Below, piece by piece: positions 18,646-27,921 of a stretch of DNA of 64,000 bases (position 1 is its first letter; every line of letters begins with the position of its first letter). A model generated the notes under the pieces. That model did no database searches. It was not told the origin of the DNA and saw nothing but the letters and a program-made list of their open reading frames with translations. The translations under genes and the position numbers were made by a program. Location of the stretch: the NCBI GenBank assembly GCA_902779785.1, contig CACZDC010000003.1:19674-83673 (forward strand). The letters are read 5' to 3'. The DNA is from an uncultured Bacteroidia bacterium (GTDB lineage Bacteria > Bacteroidota > Bacteroidia > Bacteroidales > UBA932).

Positions 18646-21120
18646 TCACTCCACAATAAGTTCGGACTTACCGCCCTGAATCAGGGATGAAAGCATATCA
18701 TTTATCTTTCCCGCATCTATCGCGGCTATGTTGTCAGCATAGTGTGAGACCAGATCCTTGCCTGCCCCATAACGCATTATGCTCATATCCACGACTCCCT
18801 TCGGAGTGCCAAGTTCCGCCTTGACGGAAGACAGCGTGCGATTTTTCCACGCCTTGAGGTCTGCCGCTCCAAGTTTGGCCGAAAGCACGGCAGGCAGAGC
18901 ACTCCGGACATCCCGGAGCAGTTTCCCCATATCAAGCGGAGCCTCCGCAGGGAAACAGGAGATTCTCATCCACAAACGCTCCTGGGGATATGATGAAATA
19001 CCGCAATCCACCCTGACGGCGACCCCGTCCTCCGCGAGAGCGCCCACCAGGTGGCGGCGCATTGCCTCGGCGGCTATGGACGTGGCATAATAATTCACTC
19101 CCGTCAGGGAATAATCGGCTTCAAGCCGGAGCTCTACTGAAGGATAACTGCCCTTGAGAGTATCTACCGCTGCACTTCTGCGAGGAGAAGGTCTTTCAGT
19201 TTTCCGGCCGGGAGAATTCTTCGAGACCCGGAAGCCGCCAAGATTTCTTGCAAGCAGTTTCTTCACATATGCCGGATCCAAGTCTCCGGCAAGCACGATA
19301 ACGCCTTCGTTGAGCCGCGAGAATCGCTCCTCAAACAAGGCTTCGGCCTTGAAACGGGTATTGGTCGAAAACGCCTTGGGATCCTTCCGGACGGCGCATT
19401 TTTCATCCGGATGCATTGCAGCAAACAGCCGGTCATCCACCGAAGGAATGCTTTCCGCCGTGTTCCGGACATAAGTCTCGAACGCACGATTGTCGTAACT
19501 CCGAGAATTCGCAATCCCGAGAAGGCTGTTCATCAGCAGCTGCAGGCCATCCGCAGGCGCATCCCCACGTATGAGCAGAGTATTCTGGTCCGCGGAAGCA
19601 TCCATACTGATGCCATTTACCGCAAGCATATCCCTCACTCCCCGGCTCGACAGACCGCCCGTCTGATAAAGAGGGAACATATCTCCGATATAAGATCCTT
19701 CTCCGGCCTCAAGGCCACGGATCTGGGCCAGTCCTCCGGAAAGGACAAGTGCGTAAGTGAAGTACCCTGTCCCCGGGAACTGCCTGTAAATCACACGGAT
19801 GCCGTTAGAAAAAGTCCACATCGTCCCGCCGGAGACCGGGTCTGCCTTCTCGGAGCGCAGTTTCACCCTTGGATACTCCTGCAGCGGAGCTATGGTATCC
19901 GCCCTCCAGGAATAGTCCCTTGACGGCAGGGTCATCTCTCCGTAAAGATATTCCCGGTAGTAACGGCATACGGCTTCGGTCTCGTCCAAGGAGGCCTTGG
20001 GAATGGCATATCTCAGTGAAAGGTTCTCAAGCGGATCCAGAAGCGCAGCGGAGAAATTGTTGAAAAGTTGCGTTTCAAGAGTGTCAGAGAGGTTTTTCCT
20101 CGCAAAGAAGCGCAGTTTTTCCGAGGAAGGAGCGAGGTCTGCCCCATAAAGGAAATGAGCTATGCACTTGTCCGCGAATTCCGAATTCGACGGAATCCGG
20201 ACCGCTTCCCTGACCACTTCCGGGAACAGCACCCGTTTCGCGTCGGTGAATTCCTCGAGCTTTGCCCCATAGACATCGAGGGAGGCCAGAGTCCGGGCCA
20301 GAAGGCTCTCCACCTCCTTTACCGAAGATTCCGCCGTCGTCACCTCGATGCTGTAACGCTCGTCTCCCCCTGCATCCGAACTGCGCCGCATCGTACAGTT
20401 TATGTCTCCGTAAGGAATGCGCTCGTCCTGCAAGCCCTGCTCTATGCGGTGGCGCAAAATGGTGAGAAACTCCTCTCCAAGGATTCCTGAAACCAGAGCC
20501 TGAGTCGTATTCATCTGGGACGCAGGCACCCTGGGAGCGAAATAGCTTACCCTTACAGACGCGGGCGCACCCTTTCTCACAGTGATCGAGGGAGCCTCCC
20601 TGGAGCGCCAGATATATGGCTCTGCAGCGCTTTCGGCGTAATTCCGCCTCGGGACAAGCATTGAGAAGATATCCATTTTCTTGCGGACTTCCGCCGCGTC
20701 TATGTCTCCGCAGATGACAAAGGCCTGCGGGACATCCAAGGCTGCAACCGAAGCGAATGATATCAGGAGCATCGAATCCAGCACTGCCGGATCATACACG
20801 GGAACGTGGTCAAAACGCAGGATGGTCGCGTTGCCGCTTGTGTAGCCATAACCGTTGCGGCGCGGACTCACTCCGCTCCGCGCAAGGAAACCACGCCCTT
20901 CGAATTCTTTGTTGTCGATCCCGGCACGGACGAGGGCGAAATCGGCAAAGCCCTTCTCCGTCGAGGAACTTACCATATAATAAGGTACGCCGCAGCGGAG
21001 CGTTCCTGACTGTATCCTCTCATCCCTCGGCAGTTCGGGCAAAGACTGCGCTGGCACAGTTATTGAAATTATCAACACCGCGCAGACGCAAAACAAGCTA
21101 TGAAGCCGACCGATAAGCAT
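18646..21120 (-). CDS. M16 (PqqL-like) zinc peptidase homolog, apparently catalytically degenerate
   Basis: Signal peptide; ELPRDERIQSGTLRCGVPYY and TMWTFSNGIRVIYR M16 domain starts; no HxxEH motif anywhere in the translation. Confidence 0.72.
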   Translation of the reverse strand: MLIGRLHSLFCVCAVLIISITVPAQSLPELPRDERIQSGTLRCGVPYYMVSSSTEKGFADFALVRAGIDNKEFEGRGFLARSGVSPRRNGYGYTSGNATILRFDHVPVYDPAVLDSMLLISFASVAALDVPQAFVICGDIDAAEVRKKMDIFSMLVPRRNYAESAAEPYIWRSREAPSITVRKGAPASVRVSYFAPRVPASQMNTTQALVSGILGEEFLTILRHRIEQGLQDERIPYGDINCTMRRSSDAGGDERYSIEVTTAESSVKEVESLLARTLASLDVYGAKLEEFTDAKRVLFPEVVREAVRIPSNSEFADKCIAHFLYGADLAPSSEKLRFFARKNLSDTLETQLFNNFSAALLDPLENLSLRYAIPKASLDETEAVCRYYREYLYGEMTLPSRDYSWRADTIAPLQEYPRVKLRSEKADPVSGGTMWTFSNGIRVIYRQFPGTGYFTYALVLSGGLAQIRGLEAGEGSYIGDMFPLYQTGGLSSRGVRDMLAVNGISMDASADQNTLLIRGDAPADGLQLLMNSLLGIANSRSYDNRAFETYVRNTAESIPSVDDRLFAAMHPDEKCAVRKDPKAFSTNTRFKAEALFEERFSRLNEGVIVLAGDLDPAYVKKLLARNLGGFRVSKNSPGRKTERPSPRRSAAVDTLKGSYPSVELRLEADYSLTGVNYYATSIAAEAMRRHLVGALAEDGVAVRVDCGISSYPQERLWMRISCFPAEAPLDMGKLLRDVRSALPAVLSAKLGAADLKAWKNRTLSSVKAELGTPKGVVDMSIMRYGAGKDLVSHYADNIAAIDAGKINDMLSSLIQGGKSELIVE

Positions 21121-21216
21121 AAATTTTGTCGGATTGATGTGCAAAATTAAGATTTTTATTGCTTATCTTTGCAATCTGCGTGCTAGAATTGAATGTTAAT
21201 TAAAAAACTGATCGTT

Positions 21217-22155
21217 ATGAAAAGATTGTTTGTAGCATTTGCCGCTTTCTGTTTAGCTGCCGGAGCAGCTTTCGCCCAGGACCTCAAAGCCGCCGTTGAA
21301 ATCTTCAATGCCGGTGTCGAATCCGCCCAGGCCGACAATAAAGCCGAAGCCCTTGCCAAGTTCCAGGAAGCCCTTCCTCTTTTGGAGGCTTGCAGCGAAG
21401 AAGAGGCCGTGGAAATGGTATCGAAATGCAAAGAATACATCCCTACCACTATGCTTTCCATAGCAAAGGAGCAGATCAACGCCGCCGCCTATGACGAGGC
21501 CATCGCCTGCCTTGGCAAGACCGTGGAAACCGCCAAGCTCTATGAGATCAGCTCAGTCGCAGAAGAGGCGTCTTCCCTTATTCCCAACGCCTGGCTCCGC
21601 AAAGGAACCTCCCTGCTGAAGGAAAAGAATTTCGCAGACGCGGCCTTGGCTCTCGGAGAGGTCGTCGCCCTCACTCCTGAAGACGGACAGAGCTGGCTGA
21701 TGCTTGGCCAGGCACGTCTCCAGAGCGGTGCTGTCGACGAAGGAGTGGTTGCACTGGAAAAAGCTGCAGAGTTCGGCAAAGCAGAGCAGGCCAACAAGAT
21801 GCTCTCCAACACCTTCCTCAAGAAGGGTCAGGCTGCTCTCAAGGCCGGAAAGAATGCCGACGCCATCGCCGCCTTCGAAAAAGCGAATTCCTATCTTGAG
21901 AATGCCAACGCATACAAACTGATCGCAAGCGCCAACATCAAGAGCGGGAAATCCGCCAAAGCCATCGAGGCCTACAAGAAGTATCTCGAGATCTCCCCTA
22001 ACGCCAAGGACGCTTCCGACATCATCTTCACTATTGCCGCCACCGCCCAGAAGGCAGGAGACAAGGCCACCGCAATCGAGTACTACAACAAGCTCAGCGG
22101 CGATGCGAAATACTCCGCACAGGCCGCCCAGCAGCTTTCCGTCCTCAAGAAGTAA
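21217..22155 (+). CDS. Exported tetratricopeptide-repeat protein
   Basis: Signal peptide ending AAFA-Q; multiple Ala-rich TPR units (e.g. SWLMLGQARLQSG, AIEAYKKYLEISP). Confidence 0.85.
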   Translation: MKRLFVAFAAFCLAAGAAFAQDLKAAVEIFNAGVESAQADNKAEALAKFQEALPLLEACSEEEAVEMVSKCKEYIPTTMLSIAKEQINAAAYDEAIACLGKTVETAKLYEISSVAEEASSLIPNAWLRKGTSLLKEKNFADAALALGEVVALTPEDGQSWLMLGQARLQSGAVDEGVVALEKAAEFGKAEQANKMLSNTFLKKGQAALKAGKNADAIAAFEKANSYLENANAYKLIASANIKSGKSAKAIEAYKKYLEISPNAKDASDIIFTIAATAQKAGDKATAIEYYNKLSGDAKYSAQAAQQLSVLKK

Positions 22156-23955
22156 GTGACAGCCCTCGAGCTACTTGCCCCCGCAAGGGACTTATCCATC
22201 GGCATCGCAGCCGTAGACTGCGGTGCCGATGCGGTATATATAGCCGGTCCCGGCTTCGGGGCGAGGAAGGCTGCCGCCAACAGCATTGAGGACATCCGGA
22301 CGCTCTGCAATTACGCCCACCGCTTCGGAGTCCGCATTTATGTCACCTTCAATACGATAATCTACGAGAATGAGCTCGAAGACGCTGGGAAAATGCTGCG
22401 GGAAATCTGCGATGCGGGAGTTGACGCACTTATCGTGCAGGATCCCGCGGTGCGGCAACTCGTCCCGGAAGGCACAATCCTTCACGCTTCGACCCAATGC
22501 GCCATACGCACCCCGGAAGATGCCACTCGTCTTGAAAGTATGGGATACGGAAGGCTGGTGCTAGAAAGGCAGCTTTCCCTGGAGCAGATAAAGGCAATCC
22601 GCTCCGCCGTCGGGACAGAGTTGGAATTCTTTGTCCACGGAGCGCTCTGCGTCTGCTACAGCGGACAGTGCTACCTTAGCGAGTACCTTGCCGGCCGCAG
22701 CGCCAACAGGGGCGAATGCATCCAGGCCTGCCGTTCCCTTTATGACCTGGAGGACGGCAGGGGAAAGAAACTTGTCCGCAATGCTCCGCTCCTGTCCCTG
22801 AAAGATCTCTGCCTCGAAGACAGGCTGGAAGATCTGGCGCAGGCGGGAATCTGTTCATTCAAGATCGAGGGGCGCCTCAAGAGCATTTCCTATGTCAGGA
22901 ACGTCGTCCGAAAGTACAGCCTTGCGCTGGATGAACTTGTACGAAAGTACCCGGACAGATATTGCCGCTCCGCCTTCGGAAGCGTCCGCGGTGGTTTTCT
23001 TCCGGATCTCGGAAAAGCCTTTAACCGAGGCTACACGGAATTGTTCCTGGACGGGGCCAAAGGGGGATGGGCATCCGGCGACGCAGCGACTTCGCTTGGA
23101 GAAAGGATAGGGACTGTCAGGAGCGTCAGCCAGGGCAGGATTATTCTTCAGGCGGAAGGGACTGTCCTGCACAATGGGGATGGATTCTGCGTAATACTCC
23201 CGGATGGAAGAGTGGAGGGATTCCGGGCCGACGTCTGTGAGGGGAATACGATCAGATGCACTGTCCCCGAAGGGGTGAAGCCAGGGATGGACATATACCG
23301 CAATTATGACTCGGCCTTTGAAAAGACGCTGGAGGCCGGTTCTCCTTTGAGGGAGATGGACGTCCGTCTCTCTGTCCGTTCCGACGGCAGGTCCATAAGG
23401 ATCGATGCCATCTCGGAAGACGGGCGGAAAGTCTCTGTCGATGCAGAAGGCGAAAGCGCAAAAGACCCGGCGAGGGCCGTCGGGACTCTGCGTGAACAGC
23501 TTTCAAAGAGAAGCGGAATCTACTGTTTCCGTCTCGAAAACCTGCCTGAAAAGGCTCCTTTCCTGCCCATTTCCAAAATCAATGAGCTGAGGCGCTCGCT
23601 GGCGGAAAAACTGGACGCCAGGCCGGTAAGGATGACTCCGCTTCACAGCGGCCACCCGGACCCGTCGTTCCGCTTTCCTTCCTCCCTCTCATACAAAGCG
23701 AACGTCGCAAATTCCCTTGACCGTGATTTTTACATCCGCCACGGGGCGGAAACTCTGGAGGACGCCTATGAACTGAGCCACCGCCCCGGGGCGGAACTGA
23801 TGCGCAGCCGCTACTGTATCCGCCACGAACTCGGGCTCTGCCCCAGGCAGGACCGCCGGGAGCGCCCCGATCCCCTTTACCTTCGCAACAACGGGCGCCG
23901 CCTCCGCCTGGACTTCGACTGCACCCGCTGTGAAATGAGCGTCTGCGAAGCCTAA
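22156..23955 (+). CDS. U32 'peptidase' family Fe-S protein, RlhA-like (rRNA hydroxylation)
   Basis: LELLAPA, GADAVY, HASTQ, HGALCVCYSGQC, NRGEC.QACR, KIEGRLK; GTG start; long form with a C-terminal DUF3656-like region. Confidence 0.82.
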   Translation: MTALELLAPARDLSIGIAAVDCGADAVYIAGPGFGARKAAANSIEDIRTLCNYAHRFGVRIYVTFNTIIYENELEDAGKMLREICDAGVDALIVQDPAVRQLVPEGTILHASTQCAIRTPEDATRLESMGYGRLVLERQLSLEQIKAIRSAVGTELEFFVHGALCVCYSGQCYLSEYLAGRSANRGECIQACRSLYDLEDGRGKKLVRNAPLLSLKDLCLEDRLEDLAQAGICSFKIEGRLKSISYVRNVVRKYSLALDELVRKYPDRYCRSAFGSVRGGFLPDLGKAFNRGYTELFLDGAKGGWASGDAATSLGERIGTVRSVSQGRIILQAEGTVLHNGDGFCVILPDGRVEGFRADVCEGNTIRCTVPEGVKPGMDIYRNYDSAFEKTLEAGSPLREMDVRLSVRSDGRSIRIDAISEDGRKVSVDAEGESAKDPARAVGTLREQLSKRSGIYCFRLENLPEKAPFLPISKINELRRSLAEKLDARPVRMTPLHSGHPDPSFRFPSSLSYKANVANSLDRDFYIRHGAETLEDAYELSHRPGAELMRSRYCIRHELGLCPRQDRRERPDPLYLRNNGRRLRLDFDCTRCEMSVCEA

Positions 23956-24350
23956 GCTTCCTGCATCCAGTCTTCCAATTTCAAACCAGGAATACGGGCA
24001 TAATGTCTGATATTATGGGTAACGAGAGTATAGCCTTTTTCAAGCGCTGTCGCTGCAATCATCAGGTCCAGATCTTCAAGACGCGTCCCCTTTGATTCCA
24101 ACTCAGCCCTGATGCTCGCATATTCCTTCAGCGCAGGCGAGACAGGAGCGACGGAGAAAGTCCTTTCCATATACTCCAGTATTGATTCCATACGACCCGA
24201 TTTGCTTTTGTAAGCCCCAACATACAATTCTGCCAGACTGATTTCCGAGATGACGCAGTTTGTCAGGCCTACCTGACTGATCCGGTCTTGAACAATGGTC
24301 TTCCCCCTGCCTAAATAAATCAGGATATCTGAGTCAAGCAAGTACATCAT
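23952..24350 (-). CDS. vapC: PIN-domain VapC toxin
   Basis: YLLDSDILI, SEISLAELYVG, DLDLMIAATAL, LVTHN..HY.RIPGL.LEDW. Confidence 0.92.
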   Translation of the reverse strand: MMYLLDSDILIYLGRGKTIVQDRISQVGLTNCVISEISLAELYVGAYKSKSGRMESILEYMERTFSVAPVSPALKEYASIRAELESKGTRLEDLDLMIAATALEKGYTLVTHNIRHYARIPGLKLEDWMQEA

Positions 24351-24656
24351 CTACCATTCTGGAAGTGTTTTCTTCTCTCGGCCGCGATCATCCCTAAGCT
24401 GCCTGACATAGGTACAAGGGTCCACGTCTTTTCCTCCCCAGGCATCTTCATCGACCAGTTCCGCCAAAGCCTTGAATGGACCGGTAAACGGGCCGGAATA
24501 TGTCTCTCCTACTTGCAGGAAAGACAAGGTGAATCCACCTTCAGCGTTTTCTTCCAGCAGCACTCTGTCTCCATCGCCAATCCGGTACTTCTTCAGAAGT
24601 GCCGACGGGATAATGATTCCACGGCTGTTCCCGATTCTTATTATTGTTGTTTCCAT
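24351..24656 (-). CDS. vapB: AbrB/MazE-fold antitoxin (VapB)
   Basis: METTIIRIGNSRGIIIPSALL SpoVT/AbrB motif; stop directly abuts the vapC start; start at ATG 24656, not 24914. Confidence 0.88.
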   Translation of the reverse strand: METTIIRIGNSRGIIIPSALLKKYRIGDGDRVLLEENAEGGFTLSFLQVGETYSGPFTGPFKALAELVDEDAWGGKDVDPCTYVRQLRDDRGREKKTLPEW

Positions 24657-24676
24657 CTCTTTGTCTTTCTTTATGA

Positions 24677-24722
24677 CAAAGATAGGAATGTTATTACAAA
24701 ATGCAAAATCCGTAATAACATT
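24677..24722 (-). promoter_or_regulatory. vapBC promoter with an 11-bp inverted-repeat operator
   Basis: Minus-strand TTTG-19 nt-TATCTTTG (-7 box at 24677-24684); IR AATGTTATTAC (24687-24697) / GTAATAACATT (24712-24722). Confidence 0.7.
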
Positions 24723-24739
24723 TTGAAAAGACAAGGTCA

Positions 24740-25921
24740 TCATATCAGCTCCAGCACCAGGTCTACGTCGCCGAAATGCCCTTCCTGGCCATTGAAGCGT
24801 TCGACATAGTTCCGGTTCAGGGCGCCCCTCCAGACTATGTCGTCGCGGGTGCGCAGCGGCAGGTCTATCTCGAAGCCATAGCTCTTGGAATTGTATTTCA
24901 CCACGGCTGAACACTTCCAGTTGGTCTGCGCTCCTCCGTCATCTTCCGTCATCATAAAGGCACAGTTAGTCAAAAGATCCGTCCATTCGGATACGAGAAC
25001 AGCGTTGAAAGGCAGGACTTGCCCCACCTGGCTGCGCCTGACGACTATCATAAAATCGGTGATCGAAGGTTCATAAAGCCGCAGCTCCGCATCTGTAGAA
25101 GCTGTAAAATCTTCTATGGCTCCGCATTTTACGAAGAATTCGGAGGCTCCTGCAAACCAACTGTCGTAATTTCTGTTTGCGCGGAAGGAACGCAGCACAA
25201 GAGTACGTGAAGTGTTGTCATCTTCGTCAAAATCAGACTTGACAAGAATATCTCCTCCGCCGCTGCCCCAGGACGGGTCCTCGCGCCGAAGCATCTCCAG
25301 CGAACGGTAAGACGCGTCGTCATTCCAGTTGACAACCCATACAGGACGCTCTCCGGCAATGTCTTCATCCACGATGACTTCCTTCACGCTGCCGTCCCCC
25401 TCCATATAGTAGCCAATGTTTTTTACGGAATTGTCTCCAGGATCGAAAGTCACGATGGGAGTGGACTGCCCGTCCCAGGACTCGGAAAACGGCCAGTAGA
25501 TCTGAGCATCGGAAGAAGAAAGCTTGGAGAGGAATTCTTCCGGGTCTATTCCTTCTCCATCGGCTTTTGTAGCCTGCATCTTATAGACGGCATCCCTTAT
25601 GAGGTCACGCAGCGGGGTTTCATAAGACTTTGACCCGGGCGCCTCCGAGCCGACTCCTGTCCCGGGACTTTCAAAGAGTTCAGTCATCCTGTACTCTGAG
25701 TCATATCCGTTCTCCGCAGAAGAAGAAACTGCGCTGTGAACCTCCTCCATCTGGGAAGAGCCCAGCCGGACTGAACCCAGAATCCCGGCCACGTCTTCCA
25801 AAGAAATCCTCCTGGAGGGAGCTGGCTCCTGCAGGTAGGTTTCAGGCTTGTCATCCAATCGCTCGCAGGCCGAAATCATAGTAATCGAGCCGAGCGTAAC
25901 ATAAATAATCCATCTTTTCAT
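24740..25921 (-). CDS. Hypothetical surface lipoprotein
   Basis: MKRWIIYVTLGSITMISAC-ERLDDK lipobox plus acidic export signal; 393-aa open frame. Confidence 0.75.
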   Translation of the reverse strand: MKRWIIYVTLGSITMISACERLDDKPETYLQEPAPSRRISLEDVAGILGSVRLGSSQMEEVHSAVSSSAENGYDSEYRMTELFESPGTGVGSEAPGSKSYETPLRDLIRDAVYKMQATKADGEGIDPEEFLSKLSSSDAQIYWPFSESWDGQSTPIVTFDPGDNSVKNIGYYMEGDGSVKEVIVDEDIAGERPVWVVNWNDDASYRSLEMLRREDPSWGSGGGDILVKSDFDEDDNTSRTLVLRSFRANRNYDSWFAGASEFFVKCGAIEDFTASTDAELRLYEPSITDFMIVVRRSQVGQVLPFNAVLVSEWTDLLTNCAFMMTEDDGGAQTNWKCSAVVKYNSKSYGFEIDLPLRTRDDIVWRGALNRNYVERFNGQEGHFGDVDLVLELI

Positions 25922-25969
25922 TTTGACTCATCCGGGCTATTATCCGGTTCCGACTGCAAAGTAGCAGAC

Positions 25970-26005
25970 AATTATCCGTTTTGAAAAAATACAAAACGGA
26001 TAATT
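25970..26005. repeat. 14-bp perfect inverted repeat (AATTATCCGTTTTG-8 nt-CAAAACGGATAATT)
   Basis: Read directly from the intergenic region between prmC and the 24740 lipoprotein. Confidence 0.8.
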
Positions 26006-26028
26006 TGCAAAAACGGCCCTGCACGCAC

Positions 26029-26901
26029 CTACAAGGCCTGTTTTCTAAACAAAATGAATCGATTTTTGTCGAAAAAATCCAGTAAAACCGACACTGAAGG
26101 GAAGCCGGAAGCGCGAAAAAGCTCCGCAGTCTCCTCTCCGAGCGTTTCGTTTATCTCCACGATACCACAGCCGGAAGGAGAAAGGAAGCGCTTCGTCCAA
26201 TGGGCTATCGCCCTGTAGAAAACGAGCGGATCGTCGTCCGGGACAAAAAGGGCAAGGGACGGTTCGTAATCAAGCACATTCTTTCTCATTTCCGCCTTTT
26301 CCCTTTCCATAATATACGGAGGATTGGACAGAATCAAGTCAAAACTGCCGGAAACGAAATTCGAGGTGAAATCAAGAATGTCAGCCTTCACAAAAAGAGG
26401 GGCCACGGCACCCGTTTCAGCCATCTCCACGGAAAAATCCTGCCCCCGGGCTATCTCCAGGGCTGCATCGGACAATTCAACTCCCGTTACTTCCGCACCC
26501 GGGGCCGAAAGGGCCAGCGTCCAGGCTATGCAGCCTGAACCGGAACAAAGGTCCAAAACCCGAGACGAGGATCCGGCGCACTTAAGCGCCTCACGGCAAA
26601 GCAGTTCAGTCTCCGGACGCGGAATCAGGACTCCCGGGGCGACACGGAAACGGCGGGAACAGAATTCACATTCTTCAAGCACATACTGCAGGGGTTCACC
26701 GAGGCGGAGACGTTCCATCGACCGGCGGAGCCTCTCCATAGAAGAGTCACCTATCGAATACTCCGGCTCCACTATATGGGTATAAGACTTGACGCCGAGT
26801 TCGTGCTCACAGAGCCTTAGCACGATACTACGGGCCTCGGCGGCAGGATACAGGCTCTCCAGCGACGCCGCCGCTTCCTGAAGGAAGTGCCTCAGCAGCA
26901 T
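26029..26901 (-). CDS. prmC: Release factor glutamine methyltransferase
   Basis: GEPLQYV, VLIPRPETE, DLCSGSGCIA, SNPPY, EPSLALF. Confidence 0.95.
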   Translation of the reverse strand: MLLRHFLQEAAASLESLYPAAEARSIVLRLCEHELGVKSYTHIVEPEYSIGDSSMERLRRSMERLRLGEPLQYVLEECEFCSRRFRVAPGVLIPRPETELLCREALKCAGSSSRVLDLCSGSGCIAWTLALSAPGAEVTGVELSDAALEIARGQDFSVEMAETGAVAPLFVKADILDFTSNFVSGSFDLILSNPPYIMEREKAEMRKNVLDYEPSLALFVPDDDPLVFYRAIAHWTKRFLSPSGCGIVEINETLGEETAELFRASGFPSVSVLLDFFDKNRFILFRKQAL

Positions 26902-27920
26902 CAGGAATGTTCTATGATTTGAGTGAGGAAGTCGGTGATGCTCATTCCGGAGGCGCGGACCATCTTGGGAACCAGCGAGGCATTGGTCATCCCGGGAATG
27001 ACATTGACTTCCAGAAAATAGATGCCGTCAGGAGCGGCGATATAGTCCATACGGACAAGACCCTTGCAGCCGAGGTGGCGATATATACGGCAGGATATTT
27101 CCTGAATCTTGAGACTGAGGGAGGAAGGGATCTGCGCGGGGCAGACCTCCTGGCTCAGGCCGTTGTATTTGGCGTCATAGTCGAACCAGCCCGTCTGCGA
27201 AATGATTTCTATGACCGGGAGGGCACGGACTCCTTCATCCCCGGTGTACACCGCACAGGTAAGTTCGTGCTCACAGGCAATGCCCTGCTCGACAATTACC
27301 GTATCACCCTCGGTAAAGGCAAAACGGACAGCCTCCGGAAGCCCGTCATAGGATGTCAGCTTGGTAATGCCGAAACTGGAGCCTCCGGAAGTGGGCTTTA
27401 CGAACAGAGGAAGCTTCAGCGTTTCTTTCACTTTTTTTGCAAATGCCTCGATGTCATCACCTCTCCGGATGAAAGCGTCCGGCGCGGTTTTGACGAAATC
27501 CACAGCTCGGAGATAACTCTTGCAGGAATACTTGTCGAAGGCCACCGTGGTGACGAAGGCACTGCAGGAGGAATGTGGAATGCCGAGAATTTCAAAATAG
27601 CCCTGAAGCAGTCCGGTTTCTCCCGGAGCGCCGTGCTGCATTATATACACAAAGTCAAAATTGATCTTTTCCCCGAGCACACGGACGGAGAAATCAGTCT
27701 TGTCCACATCGGGCTGCGCACCCTCAGGGAATGCCATCCGCATTGAATTGGCCTTCCGCATAGCCACCAGCCGCCACACTCCGAAACGGGCGAAGATTTC
27801 ATAGACATCATACTGGAATTCATCTATGCGCGAAGCCGTGAACTCGCCGCTCCGGCAAGCCACCTCCCATTCAGAGGAATCACTGCCGTAGATAACGGCG
27901 ATTTTCTGATATTTTGACAT
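26901..27920 (-). CDS. ddl: D-alanine--D-alanine ligase
   Basis: YGSDSSEWEV, HGAPGETG, FDK, FVKP..GGSSFG, FDYDAKY, RMDYI, EVN.IPG.T; start MSKYQK at 27920. Confidence 0.93.
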   Translation of the reverse strand: MSKYQKIAVIYGSDSSEWEVACRSGEFTASRIDEFQYDVYEIFARFGVWRLVAMRKANSMRMAFPEGAQPDVDKTDFSVRVLGEKINFDFVYIMQHGAPGETGLLQGYFEILGIPHSSCSAFVTTVAFDKYSCKSYLRAVDFVKTAPDAFIRRGDDIEAFAKKVKETLKLPLFVKPTSGGSSFGITKLTSYDGLPEAVRFAFTEGDTVIVEQGIACEHELTCAVYTGDEGVRALPVIEIISQTGWFDYDAKYNGLSQEVCPAQIPSSLSLKIQEISCRIYRHLGCKGLVRMDYIAAPDGIYFLEVNVIPGMTNASLVPKMVRASGMSITDFLTQIIEHS

Positions 27921-27921
27921 A

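Noticed and set aside
23940-24745. vapBC as part of a mobile element
   Set aside because: No terminal repeats, target duplication or mobility gene flank it.
27160-27200. Possible Van-type D-Ala-D-Lac ligase
   Set aside because: The omega loop reads FDYDAKY with Tyr, the D-Ala-D-Ala determinant; housekeeping context with PBP1A and no van genes.
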